Counted from the first letter of the stretch, positions 22,547-37,178 are shown. The stretch: 64,000 nucleotides of DNA from Octopus vulgaris (GCA_951406725.2 OX597814.1:200198001-200262000), one strand, 5' to 3'. The notes: generated by a model from the sequence alone, not told the origin. Translations and numbers: made by a program.

Positions 22547-23384
22547 TTTATAAAAGAAGCAAAGACTGATTGAGCTATTAATTTAAACTTTCATCAGTCA
22601 TATTAAAAATCAATCATTAATGATGAAAGCAGTATTTAATACCAAAGGTATTCTTTATATTTAAGCTTAACATGGATGCCTTGTTAGAACATCAAATACT
22701 GCATTATTAGCCTAGAGAGATCCTCTCGTATAGGTGCTTGGTGCATAAAAGCACATGTACAGACAGTAGCAAATGAAATTTGTCAGTCATGGGCACCAAA
22801 ATTCCCAGTATTTTCTGATTTAAATTATTAAGCTTATTCTGCAACTCATGAAGTTCCAGTGTCCTTATCAACTCCACTTTAAATGATAACCGACAGAATG
22901 GCATCAATATTTCAAAGTATTTGAACTTATCTCAATAAAAGCCTGGCTTATTGGACTGAGCTATGCACTACGTGTGTTAATCAGATTCTCTATAAATACC
23001 ATTTATTTCAAAATGTTTCCTAGTTTCTTTTGTTAATAATGCAAATGTATTTCTGCAATGTTTTGTAGTTTTCAGTTCCCACATTATTCTTGCCTTCATA
23101 TTTTCAAATCAGATTTATTGAATATTTAATTTTGACAGTAAAGAGTTCCCCTTTAATAAGTCTTTCTACAAATGTCTACAATGCTATTCATTGTTTCTTC
23201 AACTTCCTCAGAAGGTTCCACCAAGTTTAAAACTTGCTCAAAGTTCAGTGATATTACCTGGTTTCTACAATCCACAGATTCTTTGTATTTTCTCAGAAAA
23301 GTCATAGCAGTGCGGTAGTGTTATAGTGAATTCCAGCTTTTGTATATTGCTGTAATTTAAGATGAATTTCATCAGACTAAGTGA

Positions 23385-23703
23385 AGGCATGTATTTTAGT
23401 GGTTAGGGTATTCAGCTCATGATCATAAGGGTGTAAGCTCAATACCCAGCAGTGTGTTGTGTCCTTGAGCAAGACACTTTATTTCATGTTGCTCCAGTCC
23501 ACTCAGCCGGCAAAAATAAGTAGTACCTGAATTTCAAAGGGCCAGCCTTGTCACATTCTGTGTCATGCTGAATCACTCTGAGAACTATGTTAAGGATATG
23601 TGTGACTGTGAAGTACTCAGCCACTTGCACATTAATTTAACAATCAGGCTGTTCTGTTGGTTGAATTAATTAGAACCCTTATCATCATAATCGATTGAGT
23701 GCC
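23385..23703 (+). mobile_element. tRNA-derived SINE, another family (F)
   Basis: Degenerate tRNA head (tagtggttagggtattc...agctcaataccc) followed by gtgtccttgagcaagacact and ccagtccactcagc. Confidence 0.65.
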
Positions 23704-25610
23704 AATAAGTTCTTGGATAATATGGTAGAAACTTGGTTCTCAAAAATACACTCTTCAGGTGATATAGATTTTTTTCCCTTTTTCTAAGCAGCTTTAGTGT
23801 TATTGGGGAATTAAAAATTTTTTTTTTACTGTTGTCATTTTTTTATAGAATATCTGAACATCAAAGTGGTTAAATATGTCTGAAATACTTTTAAGGCCCA
23901 CCATTCATAGCTAAAACTATCTTCAGTGCAGTGGATTTGAACTCAAAATGTTTTTCCTGTAAATTCAGTTTCATCCCCTTCCAGGTATCTGCATTGTGTG
24001 GTGGATTTCACAATTGAAGTAGCCAATAATTATTTCTATAAATGGATATTGTGACAGCCATTTCCATACAGTGAATTACATCAATACAAAGTGGTGTTTG
24101 ATATAGTTCAGTCAGTGTTTGGTATTCTGCTTCTAAAGATGTTGTCGACATATCTTAGTTAAAATCTGAATTTGAGGAGTTGTGTTCACTAAATATTACG
24201 GGTGATAATTCTGAACTCGGAGCCATGTATATAATTACTGACAGAAAATTCAGTTGCAAAGAAGACATTCTTATTAATTTCCAGTCTGTCAAAGATAATT
24301 GATTTGTTCTTCACTAGTTGTCAGAACTGGATAAGAGAAAGACCAAAATCTAAGAGAACTGCATACTACATGTAATTAGTAGGCCTAATTGAGAATCAAC
24401 TTTAATTTGACTGCTTTTAATGAAAGAAATTTTAATAACATTAATATTTATATATTTGTGAATAAAAACATTGAAATCATCTAGTTTGTTGCTATGATTT
24501 CTAAATTCAAGTATATATCAGGAAAAACTTTATGTAAAGTATGACACCTGTAAATGATAAGAAAATATTCCTGATTGGCATTAGACTTAATAGAAAAACA
24601 AATAGATGAGGATAATATGCCACTCTATGTATACAATTCTGACAGCACATTAGAGAGAGAAAAATGATTGGAGAGATAGTTATAATGAGCAACATTTCAA
24701 GCTATATATTTCTATATATTAAATGAGGAAAATAGAACTCAAGACTTAAGTACATAAACATATATATATATATATATATATATGAATTAGAAAAAACCCC
24801 ACCTTTTATCAATTCAAAATGAACAATTAAATTACAACATCTAGAAAATTACGTATATATTTCGTTTATATATTATATATATATATATATGTATTTTGTG
24901 AAATTTGATTTAGTATTTCTAAATTGAATTTTTCCCTATAAGTTAGGAATAATATTCCCTCAAATAATAATAATTATTGTATATATATGTATATATATAA
25001 ATATACACACACATCAGAAGCAGCAGCATGACTCAAGGGCCAAGAGTTTGAAATATTTCAGCCCTCTAGTTACTCTGTTGCTTCTGCTAAATATTTATTA
25101 AATAAAAAAACCAAAAAAACACATATATAGAATCTAGTATAAAAAAGAAAAACTGTAAAACAAATAAAAGAAACCATTTGATGGTCACCAGTTCCTTTCT
25201 TATTGTACATTGTTTATTTCCATGCTTATATATAACATGTAAAAATATACACTTTGATGAATTATAGCTTGATTTATTTGTGAATTAATTCAAATAACAA
25301 TACCTGTAAAAGGATACAATGTATTCACTCAGAGAAGTTACTGCAGCTTATCAAAATTTCACTTGTAAAATCTGTAGATTTGTTTTTATTGTCTTTATAT
25401 ATATATATATACACATACATATATATATATATTATCAGTAAGTTTAGTGTGGAAAGACATTCTTTCTTTCACAATAACTTGCTATTTTCTTTCTTTTTTT
25501 TAGTTGATTCCAAGCATAATTGTTTTTCTATAGTGCATGATATCTAAATTATGAGCTTGGTGCTAGTATTTCAATAAAACTGTTAACTACTTAGCATGTG
25601 CAAATAGAAC

Positions 25611-25895
25611 ATAATAATAATAATAATAATAATATATACATATATATATATACATATGTATATATGTGAGTATATATATATATATACATGTGAGTATATA
25701 TATATATATACATGTCTGTGTATATATCTATACATATATATGTGTATATATATATATATACATATATGTGTGTGTATATATGTGTATATATATATAAATA
25801 TATATGTGGGTATATATATGTATATACATATAAATATATACACACACACGTAAATATATATACACACACACATATGTATATATATATATATATGT
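25611..25895. repeat. compound (ATA)n and (TA/TG/CA)n microsatellite
   Basis: Low-complexity tract; it produces several spurious ORFs. Confidence 0.95.
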
Positions 25896-28058
25896 ATTTG
25901 ATGCTGATAAAACATTAACTACTACTACTTTTGCATACAAATTTTGTTATGGATGCTCGCTTCTACCCAGCAATATTTGAAAGGATTTCAGGCATTTTAA
26001 AAGTTATAATTTTCTTTCTTTTCTTTCCTGTCTTTTCTTTCATTCTCTCTTTTGTTCCCACTCTAAAATTCATTTTAAAGATGAATTTTTTTCTTCTTCT
26101 AAATATTGGTTATGGTTTTATATCTTAATAGCCTAAATTATATGAATACTTTCAGTAAGAGAAACGAATGTTCAGGGGCTCAAAGCAATTTATCATTATG
26201 TAATTCTTTTACACCAAAATATTTCATATTAAAAATTTATTATTCTATTTAGATATTAAAATGAATGATTGCCTGCCATCTTTTCTCATATCATCTAATT
26301 AAACTAATGTTTTATTTTGATTTTTTTTTCTTTTGTTTTGCAATATTATGTTTCATGTATTTTAGTGCAAAAATATCATTTCTTGAAATGAATTTTAAAT
26401 TTCTTCTAAAACAAATACTTGTGTGTGTGTGCGTGCGTATGTATGTACGTGTGTGTGCATGTGTGACATGTAAACACATGCATACAATTATTTTTGCTGC
26501 TCCTGTTGCTGTTGCCAAGTATCCCCTACTTGAGTAGACTTTTGCCATAGGTATAACTGATGAAACTATTAGGAACAACTGACAGATCCAGAACTCCAGG
26601 AATAAAATGTCCAGTGTATCAAAATAGGTCACACTTTTGTATTTGATCAACGATCTCACTATGATTAAGCCATAATTATTTTGGGAAAATTGTCTAAAGA
26701 TTTCCTACCTGCAGTTTTCATTTTAAAGATGGTTGAGAATTTTTCTTTAAAGAAATTTAGATGCTGCAATGGACAGGTTGAGTAAACTAAGTAAAATTCT
26801 GCTTGCTGGTATAATTTTTATTTTATCAACTGAGAAGATTTCTAAAACGCATCATTGACTGCTTTTCATTATTTTTTGCTAAATTATTTGAAGAAAAATA
26901 ATTTATTCATTCCTTACTTAATTTTATAGGATATGAAGTTTTCTCTGATATAAGTGGATACACTTATTAGTTAAAATGTCTCTATGAACACATTGTTTGT
27001 GCACATATGTTAGTTTAAGCAATTGCTGTTTCAGTGGATATTTTTATTTCATTCTGTTTTAATCATGATTTAATTAAAGTTTTATATTTTGTATGTTTCT
27101 GTGCAATGTTTCAACTGTGTATGTTCTTGTTAAAATTATATAAATTTATAAAATTAGTGGATATTTAAATGAGAACAAAATTCTAAAGAAGAATTTTTCA
27201 TCTGTTTCTAATACAAGAGTTATTTCTAATCCAATTTGCATTATCAACATTTTATCTATTTGAATTTGATTAAAACATTTGAAGAATATTCAGAAAGGTG
27301 TGTTTATAGTAATTAAGTCCTATCATCAGATGTAAATATTTAACATTCGACTGGTTGACTTTTTCTAAAAATTTAGTTTCAATTGCAAAATATTTTTTTG
27401 TATCATTAACTATAGCAAAACACTCATTAAATTAAATTTGTGTATTTTGTATTCCCTACAACTTTTAAATACATTAAATATTGGTTTTAATCGTTAGACT
27501 ATCTTAATGCATAACATTTCTCAAATAAACTCTTTAGAACTTTGTATATAACTTTGGAAAACATATATGTAACAAACTTCTAGCCCATAGATATATTGTC
27601 TCCCGGCATTCTGAGTTTTCTACCACTACTACAATGATCTCTGCTTCTCAGAATTAGCTCAATAGTATTATCACCTTAACCGAAATTCATCAAACATATT
27701 CATTTTCATCTCATTCTCACCCAAACTCCAGTAACCACTTTCTTAACCTACCATACCCACTAAATGTCAACTCTTTGTAGTTCCCTGCCTACTTATGCTC
27801 TTCTGGCAATCATAGACTTACAGATATTCAAACTGAACATGGAACATATCAACTTGACCAGTCTATCAGGATTATGGGTGCTGCCTCTTCTCATGACTAA
27901 AATCTTCGTAACATGTTTTTGCTTTTAAAGAGTAAATGACAATTGGTGTGCATATTAGGAACTGGTTTACTTACTCTAAACAAATGAGGGCTGAGGACAG
28001 GAAGGCTTTAGGTTATATAGGATTGTTTTTGTTCAGTGTGGTGATCTTTGCTGTGCCT

Positions 28059-28287
28059 GGTGAGCTGGCAGAAACGTTAGCACACTGGGCAAAATGCATA
28101 GCCGTATTTCATCTGCCGTTATGTTCTGGGTTCAAATTCCGCCAAGGTCGACTTTGCCTTTCATCCTTTCGGGGTCGATAAATTAAGTACCAAGTTACGC
28201 ACTGGGGTCGATGTAATCGACTTAATTCCTTTGTATCTCCTTGTTTGTCCCCTCTGTGTTTAGCCCCTTGTGGGTAGTAATGAAATA
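28059..28287 (+). mobile_element. SINE family A
   Basis: Colinear with 46690-46920. Confidence 0.88.
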
Positions 28288-29800
28288 TATTATGAAAGCA
28301 ATAGTGAGGTGGAGTAAAGAGTTCAACCTTATTTTCAGAATAAGACAATTTTCTGTAAATAAGAGTTAGATAAATTAACTCCAGTACTTTATTTATTAAC
28401 TCTGAAAGGATTTTAATTCAGAATACAGAAAGCCAGAATAAACACCACAGCTTTTTAATGTTTCTTTCATTTTGCCATATTTACTTCGTAGTAGCAGTTT
28501 TAAAACTTGCAAACAAAATCATGAAACTGAATCAAGCAATCTGCAAATTATACCATTGCTATTTTGAAAAATCTATAACCTTTACTTTACACTGTATGTA
28601 GTAATTAAACATTAAAAAAAAAAAATGAATTTTCCAATTTATAAGTAACTTTATGAAAACTGACTTGATTAAACATCAATTTTCTTAGAAACAAAGGCAC
28701 GTTTATGAAAGAACTGGATCAATGTTCTGAGAACCAATTATTATTTCCGGAAACTTTCATAAAGGAACAATCTGAAGATAATTACATTGACATTAAAAGC
28801 AGAAACAATTGAGAATATAAATTTCTGCTTTCTATTTTTAATTGTTTTGTTTTGTATTAATTTGACTCGAGGAATTATTTGAATACCATTTTAGATCTAC
28901 ATTTCTGATATTTTCCAACAATTGTTCCATGGATTTGAATTGCATTATGTTGCTGATGTAGGCTTGAAAACGACTTATATTTATCTTCGTTCCATTCATA
29001 AATTTAACAACATTACTCCACTTTCCTTGAAATAATAAATGGTTATTGTTTTTTACTTAATTAATTTTATTAAAGTTATCTTCCATGAAGAGAAAAATAT
29101 TAATTTTCATAGAAAGACCTAAAATGCAATTTCAGTTATCTTTCTAAAACTGTTCAGAAGTCTATCAGGATTTTATCAGATTAAAAAAAAGGGTAAAAAA
29201 ACAAAACCAAACATTTCAATTGAATTTTATATTAATATCTCTGTTGTCTTATACTGAACAGTCTGCATGGTAAACATATTTCATTATACTAAATATAAAA
29301 TATGATTTTAGAATGAAATAAGAGTGGATATAATCAAATTTGTGTTAGCTGTAAAATTAGCTGCCTTTGAAAATAAGAAAATTTTACTTAAAATCTTTTA
29401 ATATATAAAAAATATATTTAGAGAAATACAAATTTGAAAGAATTAGCTTTTAAGTAATCAAGGAAGAAAATACATACATTTTGGCTTTTTTTAAATATAA
29501 ATCATTTTCTTATTCTCGAAAGGTCTAAAAAACTATAAACTAGTTTTTTAGATCATTGAAACTTTATATTTTTAATGACAATTTACTAATAGAGTTCTTC
29601 TTTGATATTGCTTACATATGGCTTTACTACAGTGGCCAAGGTCTAGTTCAATATTTTTCTGTTAGCATGAAGTAAAATACTCTTATTCTTGGGTAATCCT
29701 CATTTATGTCAACTTCATTTATAATCCCACAATCCTCAATGGCAAATTGGTAGAGTCATTAAAATATCAAGTGAAATGCTTTGTATATTTTATTCTAGCT

Positions 29801-30392
29801 TAAGATGGTGAGCTGCCAGAAATGTTAGCACACCGGGCGAAATACTTAGTGGTATTTCATCTGCCGCTACGTTCTGAGTTCAAATTCTGCCGAGGTTGAC
29901 TTTGCCTTTAATCCTTTCGGGGTCGATAAATTAAGTACCAGTAATCGACTTAATACCTATATCTGTCCTTGTTTGTCCCCTCTATGTTTAGCCCCTTGTG
30001 GGCAATAAAGAAATAGGTATTTCGTCTGCCGTTACATTCTGAGTTCAAATTCTGCCGAGGTCAACTTTGCCTTTCATCCTTTTGGGGGTCGATAAATTAA
30101 GTACAAGTTGTGCACTGGGGTCAATGTAATCAACTTAATCCCTTTGTCTGTCCTTGTTTGTCCCCTCTATGTTTAACCCCTTGTGGGTAGTAAAGAAATA
30201 AGAAACGTTAGCACGCCAAGCGAAATGCTTAGCAGTATTTTGTGTTTTTACGTTCTGAGTTCAAATTCTGCTGAGGTTGGCTTTCATCCTTTCAGGGTCA
30301 ATAAATTAAGTACCAGTTGCATACTGGGGTTTATCTAATCGACTAGACCCCTCCCCAAAATTTGGGGCCTTGTGCTTAGAATAAAAAAAGGA
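29801..30392 (+). mobile_element. SINE family A composite (head + 2 units + part-head unit with an alternative tail)
   Basis: Three cores. The last ends ccctccccaaaatttggggccttgtgc instead of ttagccccttgtggg. Confidence 0.85.
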
Positions 30393-33376
30393 TATTTATT
30401 TCAGCTTATGTTCTGAGTTCAAATCCTGCCAAAGCCAACATTATCTTTTATCCCTTTAGGGAATCAAAGAAGAAGGTATGAATCTAGAGCAATGGCTTGG
30501 CAGAACTGTTATACCATCAGATGTGTTTACCTTGTAGTATTTATTTCAATTCTTGACATCTGAGTTCAAATCCCATCATGGTCTACTTGACTGATAGACT
30601 TAATCTGCTACATAGTTTAACACTGGTACCAGGTTCTAGGGTGCCTTTAGCTGTATCCACTTTATTGCAGATATTCAAGCCAGATCTCAGATTTAAAGGT
30701 ATCTTACCCCACTTCTCTCTCTCTCTCTCTCTCCTATCTTGGAGACCCTGTAAAGGATCTTGGGCACCACATTTTTTCCCTAATTATGCAATAACACAAA
30801 AACCCTATTATTCCATAGATCAGCTCACCATACTCCAACATTTATTCACCTCATTCTAATCTATTTATTTTTAATTTTATTTTTCATTCCATCAAAATAA
30901 ACAAGATTATAATAACTTTGGTTATACTTTGATAAAATATTATTAGTGTTGAAAATGTGAGGTCAAAGGAATCTCAGAAATGGTACACTTCGTTGTACCA
31001 TCTGGTTTTGTTTTTATATATCTGGTGTTTGGTTCCCTTGGCGATCAACTTTGCTTTCCTTATATCTGGGAATCTACTAATAAAATAACTACTGATAGAT
31101 TACTGTAAATATCCTAATTGCTCCTAAAATACATGTGCTTCTTCATAAGAGTTAAAAATTTCCCTTTTCTATGAATTTGTGGTGAAAGCCATTATGTTCA
31201 CTTTTGAGTAAGAGGTGAAACAAAAACTAGACTTAATGCTTTATTTCATATCCATATTCTCAAAAATCTCATTGCTTAGATGAATAGCACTTATCACTGT
31301 GTAGTTTAGACTTGGAGGAAAAATTCTCTAATGTTTTTATGAGTCAAGACTGTTTAATTTGCAACTTCTCTGTATCCCTTGCCTGTTCATTTAACATCCA
31401 TTTGGATACTCTTCCTGTTGCTGACCCAAACCTGTTCCTTAGCTATGGGTTTTGTATAAGTCACAGGTCTTCAGAAATACAGAAAATCTATGTATCATTT
31501 CAACAAGGAACCACAGCACTGCTTTTCTCAAATGGTACCGAGTGAAATATCAACATTAACGTATATTCACACATACATGTTTGAAAGCATGTGCTACTGT
31601 GTGTGTGTACAAGATAGGATTAATAGAGTTTCTGTTTATTAAATTCATTCACAAGACATTGGTCAGTCTGGGGAAGTTGTAGAAGACACTTGTCCAACGT
31701 ACCACAACGTGGAACCAAGAAAATGCTAAATCTGGATCATATTGGACATGATTCAATGAGTAAGAAGATTTGCTCCAATGCCCCCGCTTTGGCATTTATA
31801 TTATTGGGTACCCTTCTTAATGCTAATCACTTTACAGGTGCTTTTTTTCGTGGCACCAGTACTAGTAAAGTTGCCCTGAAAAAAGCTAAGATCTGCTTAA
31901 AAGAGTGAGACTGGTAGATGCTAGATGTTGTGAGGTTAAAGCACAAAAGAATGGCTGAGAACAGGATTCTTGCTGTAGAGGAGATTCATGGTCATTTTGC
32001 ATTATATAAGAGCAGATTGGAGAGATCAGAATGTGGCTGGAAAGCAAGTTGAGGACGGTAGTGATAGGATGTCAAAGTGAGACCAGGTACAAAAGGGTGA
32101 AGAATAGAAACAGTTTGGATAGAAGAGCTTGGATGATGGATGGGTAGAAGTTGCAAGGGTGTATGAGATACACCATTGATGGTTAGAAGAGATGGAGTAG
32201 GAATAAGACAGTGGAGAAAGTGAACAGGGGAACAAAAGTGGATGGGTGGTCATCATTAAATATGAGTTAGAGGGATGGTACAAGGAGTGAAGAGCAGCAG
32301 AAGTAGAGATGGGAAGGAAGTGGTTCAGCAGAGAAAGGGACATGATTAGCACAGAAGGGTGATGAATGCAAAATATGTGTAGAGAGGGACAACACCATGA
32401 ATGAAGAGTGAATTTCAAATGAAGTGATTGTGTAGTTAAGAAGCTAACTTTCTAACAAAAGCCACATGAGTGGGTTTGGTAGACAGAAACTGAAAGCTGA
32501 AAGAAGCCCATCATGTATACATCATTATCCTCATCATCATCATAATTTAACATCTGCTTTTCATGTAATGGGTAGAACAATTTGATAAGGAACCAGTAAG
32601 CTGAAGGGCAGCATCAAGCTCTGTTGTCATTCTAGGAATGGTTTCTATGGTTGGATGCCCTTCCTAAAGCCAATCACTTTACAGAATATATTGGCTGCTT
32701 TTTTTTTTGTGTGCCACTGGTACTATTGAGGATACCATGTGAATTGCAACACATCTCCCACTACTAAGACGAAGTATTTTGGAGGGGGTGGTGATGGTGA
32801 GTGGTTGTATTCAAAGAGTTGAAGGCTGAGGTATGTTAGAGGGTCAAGCAGAGGTGTCTTGCTGCAGAGGAGATACATGGCTGAGGGAGAAAAGAGGAAT
32901 GTAGTGATAGAGTAAACTCTCAAGGAAGGAGACTTTGAGCATAAAAGACATTGCATTAGGGGGGTGGGGGAGAAAGTGGATGAATTCATGGGAGTCTGAG
33001 GAAAGAGTAGACAGGGAGAAGTAGGGGTTGATGTAGTGAGTAATAAACAAGGGTGATGGTGCAGATGATGGGAAATACCAATATGTATGGAGGTAAGGTG
33101 GGAGAAATAGGAGTGGCTCAGAAAGATGAGTAGAACAGAGTAGTAGAATGAGGTGTAAAGTGGTGGAGTTGTGTGGAGGGATATATAGGGGGCTAAAGAG
33201 GTGGGTCATGATGGAAAGGCATTGAGAATGATAGACAAGTGAGGTGTATAGAATGGAATATAGCAAAAGGGAGAGAGAGAGAAAAAAGTGATTATTTGAA
33301 AGAGTGAGGGCAAGGATGATGAATGAGGGAAGCAGTTCTGGGTGGGGGTACTTTTTGGGAGAGGAGGGGATATATG

Positions 33377-33538
33377 TTACATCAACCCCAGTGCATAACT
33401 GGTACTTAATTTATTGACCCCGAAAGGATGAAAGGCAAAGTCGACCTCAGCAGAATTTGAACTCAGAATGTAGTGGCAGATGAAATACTGCTAAGCATTT
33501 TGCCCAGCGTGCTAACATTTCTGCCAGCTCGCCGCCTT
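33377..33538 (-). mobile_element. SINE family A
   Basis: ccccgaaaggatgaaaggcaaagtcgacc...ctgccagctcgccgcctt. Confidence 0.87.
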
Positions 33539-34805
33539 GTTAAACCATTTCAATGCTGGTTTTATTTTGAATCCTCACGTTTCTAGTTTATCACTGTGTC
33601 CTAATCATTGTAGTTACATTCTGGACAAATAATTTTACTGTAATTAAGCCTTTCTTACCTTTATGGGATATAATTTGGAATTTGTAGTGCATTTTACCAT
33701 TGTTTCCTGTAGTGTTGCAATGTGTTTGCAGTGTTTGGTGATTAAATGGTTTTAATTCCGTAAAGGTGCTTTTATATAATTAACGCTGCAGTGCAGAAGC
33801 AGAATGTTTAAATTGTTCGTCTTTGTATTTACAGAGTGTACATTTGTTGTGTTTGTGTGAAATGCTGGAACTTCTCTTTACACTAGCATTGATATTCTGT
33901 GTTATTTGCTTTTAGAAAAAAAATAAAATAAATAACAGCCACACATTGTTTTCATTAACATGATTTGTTATGGGCTTTGTTATTGCTTAAGAGAACTGTT
34001 TTGCTAATTCCCAAGTCAACCGTAATCCGGTAAACCTACGATCAAGGTTGTTTTAGCCATGACACATCACTTTTATGGTGGTGCTGTTCATTTACAACCA
34101 TCACATGCAGCTACATCTAACATGTTGAGCAACCTTATAGAGGTTCTCTCGGGAATTTTGATGAATCATGTTTTATGTTTGTCCACTTTGCTGGAGTGAA
34201 TTTCTGTTTTCAATAATCTTCACATCTATTTGCGCAGAGTTGTTACTTTCACATTTCTTCCAAGCATGTAAGATGTGTGAGTTGCTTCATCTATTTCTGT
34301 ATTTTAAATTTTGGTATTATACCTGGTATTCCAGGTATAAAGCCACCTTGCTTTTTTGGTATATCATACACAGATTTAGATTACTTAGAATATTCACTAA
34401 TATTTAAGATTGTTGGGAATAAAGTTTGCAGATTTTGCAGCTGGTTTTAACATATCAAGAAACTACACAGAAGCTTTCTTCTAGTGTTTATTCCAAAACA
34501 CATTTATCATATTGATTTCAAGAGCACAAGAAAATCACCTCGTTATCTACAACCATCCTTTATTAAAATTATAATATTATGGATTACTAACTACACCTTG
34601 GCAATGTAGATTTACAGTATTTATATCTAAACTGTTTCTGACTGCTGATTGCCATCAGATATTTAATTCTTGGATATGTACATGGTCTGAGATTGAATTC
34701 AAATCAGCCAAAGACTACATAAATACTCAAGCAGATGAGGTTAATAGCGTGGAAAAATTATAATTTCAGTAACAAAACATGTCAGATAATTCTATAATGT
34801 ATTTA

Positions 34806-35203
34806 GGTTCATCGCCAGAGCAGCAAGCTGACCTTCGTGCCGATGGCACGTTAAGCACACCATTCGAGCGTGATTGTTACCGCGTCGCCTTACTAGCATT
34901 TGTGCTGGTGGCATGTGAAACATTCGAGCGAGGTTGTCGCCAGTGCCACTGGACTGGCTCCTATGCAGGTGGCACATAAAAAGCACTATTTGGGCGTGGC
35001 CATTGCCAGTTCCACCAAACTGGCCCTCGTGCCGGTGGCACGTAAAAGCACCCACTAAACTCTCGGAGTGGTTGGCATTAGGAAGGGCATCCAGCTGTAG
35101 AAACACAGCCAGAACAGATTGGAGTTTGGTTCGCCAGACCTCAGTCAAATCGTCCAACCCATGCTAGCATGGAAAGCGAACATTAAATGATGATGATGAT
35201 GAT
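34806..35203 (+). mobile_element. family D retroposon with internal tandem ggcacgtaaaagcac-like units
   Basis: GC-rich, four related sub-repeats, then the RTE-type 3' end and (gat)n. Confidence 0.82.
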
Positions 35204-35385
35204 CTTTGTCTTAATGTCCATTTTTCTGCTCTCAAATATAGTTGAGAATACAACAAAGTGGCAGCTGTAGGAGGAGTACTTGAACTCCTTTTTTTTTTTT
35301 GCCAGATTTCTATTGAAATGCACTACATTTGTTTCAATTAGTTTTTTTAGAATAATGAAGACTTTAGAAAAATAACTGAGTCATT

Positions 35386-35600
35386 CTTTTCTAATATAGG
35401 CATAAAACCTCAAACTGTTGAGGGAGAGGGCCAGTTGATTAGATCGACCCAAGTATGCAGCTTGTACTTAATTTATTGACCCCGAAAGGATGAAAGGCAA
35501 AGTTAACCTTAGTGGAATTTAAACTCAGAATGTAAAGACAGACAAAATACTGCTAAGCATTTCGCCCAGCGTGCTAACGTTTCTGTCAGCTCACTGCCCT
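35386..35600 (-). mobile_element. SINE family A inserted in an old piggyBac-type MITE (about 35300-35747)
   Basis: TSD aaataactgagtcatt (35370-85) and aaataacccagtcatt (35601-16). The flanks resemble the MITE body at 45269-45490. Confidence 0.8.
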
Positions 35601-35959
35601 AAATAACCCAGTCATTGTTAAGATAATGTTTAGAAGAAATTAAATTGAAATTTTGTTGGAAAATTTTAATGTAGATCATTTTAAAGCAAGATGTTTGTAT
35701 CATAGAACCAAGGTGGACTCAGGCAGGCTGGTACGAACATGGCTAAATGATCCACAGAGTCACCACTATTTTAATTTGGTTCTGATGCTTTAGATTAGAC
35801 AAGTTGCTTTCAAAGATGTAGTAAAGTAAACTGCTGGAAGATATCACTGGGAAGACACTGAATCTATAACTTAATGCCACTGAAGAAGAGCAGTCATTTC
35901 TTTTTGTGTTGGATAAACTATATAGCAGATATTAAAATGAACGATTGACTGCTAGGTTT

Positions 35960-36100
35960 CCATACACTGGTCTTGGGTAGGTGGGGTATTTTAAATCCCA
36001 GTTGTTTTTCATTCTTTTCGTGTAATCAATGGACAGACCATCTCTACCTCGTTTGTAGGAATTATACAGGTCTCGGTTCAATTCAAAAGTCCTTTGCAAT
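35960..36100 (-). mobile_element. possible R4/Dong-like retrotransposon N-terminal remnant
   Basis: RTFELNRDLYNSYKRGRDGLSIDYTKRMKNNWDLKYP resembles the N..L..CY.....GY.KRM...W...YP pattern I recall from R4/Dong ORFs. Recognised from memory only. Confidence 0.4.
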
Positions 36101-37031
36101 TGCTCCTGATAGTTCCATAACCTGCAATGGCTTCCTCCCACCAAGTTTCTCGTTTTATTGTGTATCTAGTAGTACGCCATATAAGTTTTAGTTAATTTTC
36201 ACTGCTTGGTTACTGCTACAAGCTTCTCTGAAAACTTGTTTCTTTGCATTTATCCAGAGAGAAAAAAAACAAACTATTTTTTCATTTTTTTTTTTAGCCA
36301 AGCTTGTACTAATAATAAGTTTAAGAGGATGGTATTCATTACATGAAAGAGCAATAGTTGTCTAATATTGACATGACTGAATTCTAAACCATATTTGTGT
36401 GCGTGTATGTATTTCGGTGAGGGATGACAGAATCAGTATGAACACAAATGCATTGTGATATTTGTTTTGTTTATTCTCCTTTATAGCTACACTGATTGTT
36501 ATTCATCTTTATGCAGCTCATAGAATATGTACAAAACTAAGAAGTGCCTTTGAGGATTTTTCCCCAGTGATGTTTACCATTTATTACAAAATGGAAGAAT
36601 CAAAAGTTTTTTTTTTTTTTACCTCAGTGAATTTCTCAAACTTGTTTGAGGAAAATCACAAAAGCATTGAGTAAAAAATTAAATTTTCTAGATTAAGTAT
36701 TTTTACTTCAAGTATTTAGAATTCTCTCTACCACATACATAAAGGTGAAAATTCTAATATTACACTATTTCTTTTAGATTAAAATGTTCAAATGTGAATT
36801 TGAATTGTGCCAAATGTGTTGTAATTAGTTGAAGGCTTTCTTTTTCAGTATCAATAATCATACAAACCCTATGATTGCAACAGATGATACTATCATAGAC
36901 GATAGTTTGATTGCACATAGATGAACGTTTATTTTATACTATGTCGTGTGCCTTCTTCATATATGTAATGTGTGTCTTATTTCTTTGTAAATAAACTTTC
37001 TCTCTTTCTTTCGTCCCTCTCATTGCCTTAG

Positions 37032-37178
37032 ATCATCGGAAAGCTGTGCAAATGTGGATCCTACCTGCTCCTCTCAAGATAGTGCTTTACTGTCGCTGCA
37101 GTCAGCTTCTGTTCCACACCAGTCTGGCTTATCTACAAAAAAGACTTCATGGAAGCATCCTGTGCCTGTCAATAACAG
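37032..37178 (+). CDS. candidate alternative PDE1 cassette exon, 147 nt, phase 2-2
   Basis: Long pyrimidine tract ending ccttag|A and donor CAG|gtgtta. Open in the required phase: SSESCANVDPTCSSQDSALLSLQSASVPHQSGLSTKKTSWKHPVPVNN. Non-repetitive and more GC-rich than its flanks. No homology recognised. Confidence 0.5.

Noticed and set aside
25583-25940. Multiple overlapping Y/I/H/T-rich ORFs
   Set aside because: Translations of a TA/TG microsatellite.
26560-26627. ATG-initiated frame MKLLGTTDRSRTPGIKCPVYQN(R) ending in phase 2
   Set aside because: The donor AG|gtcaca is poor, and there is no homology or promoter evidence.
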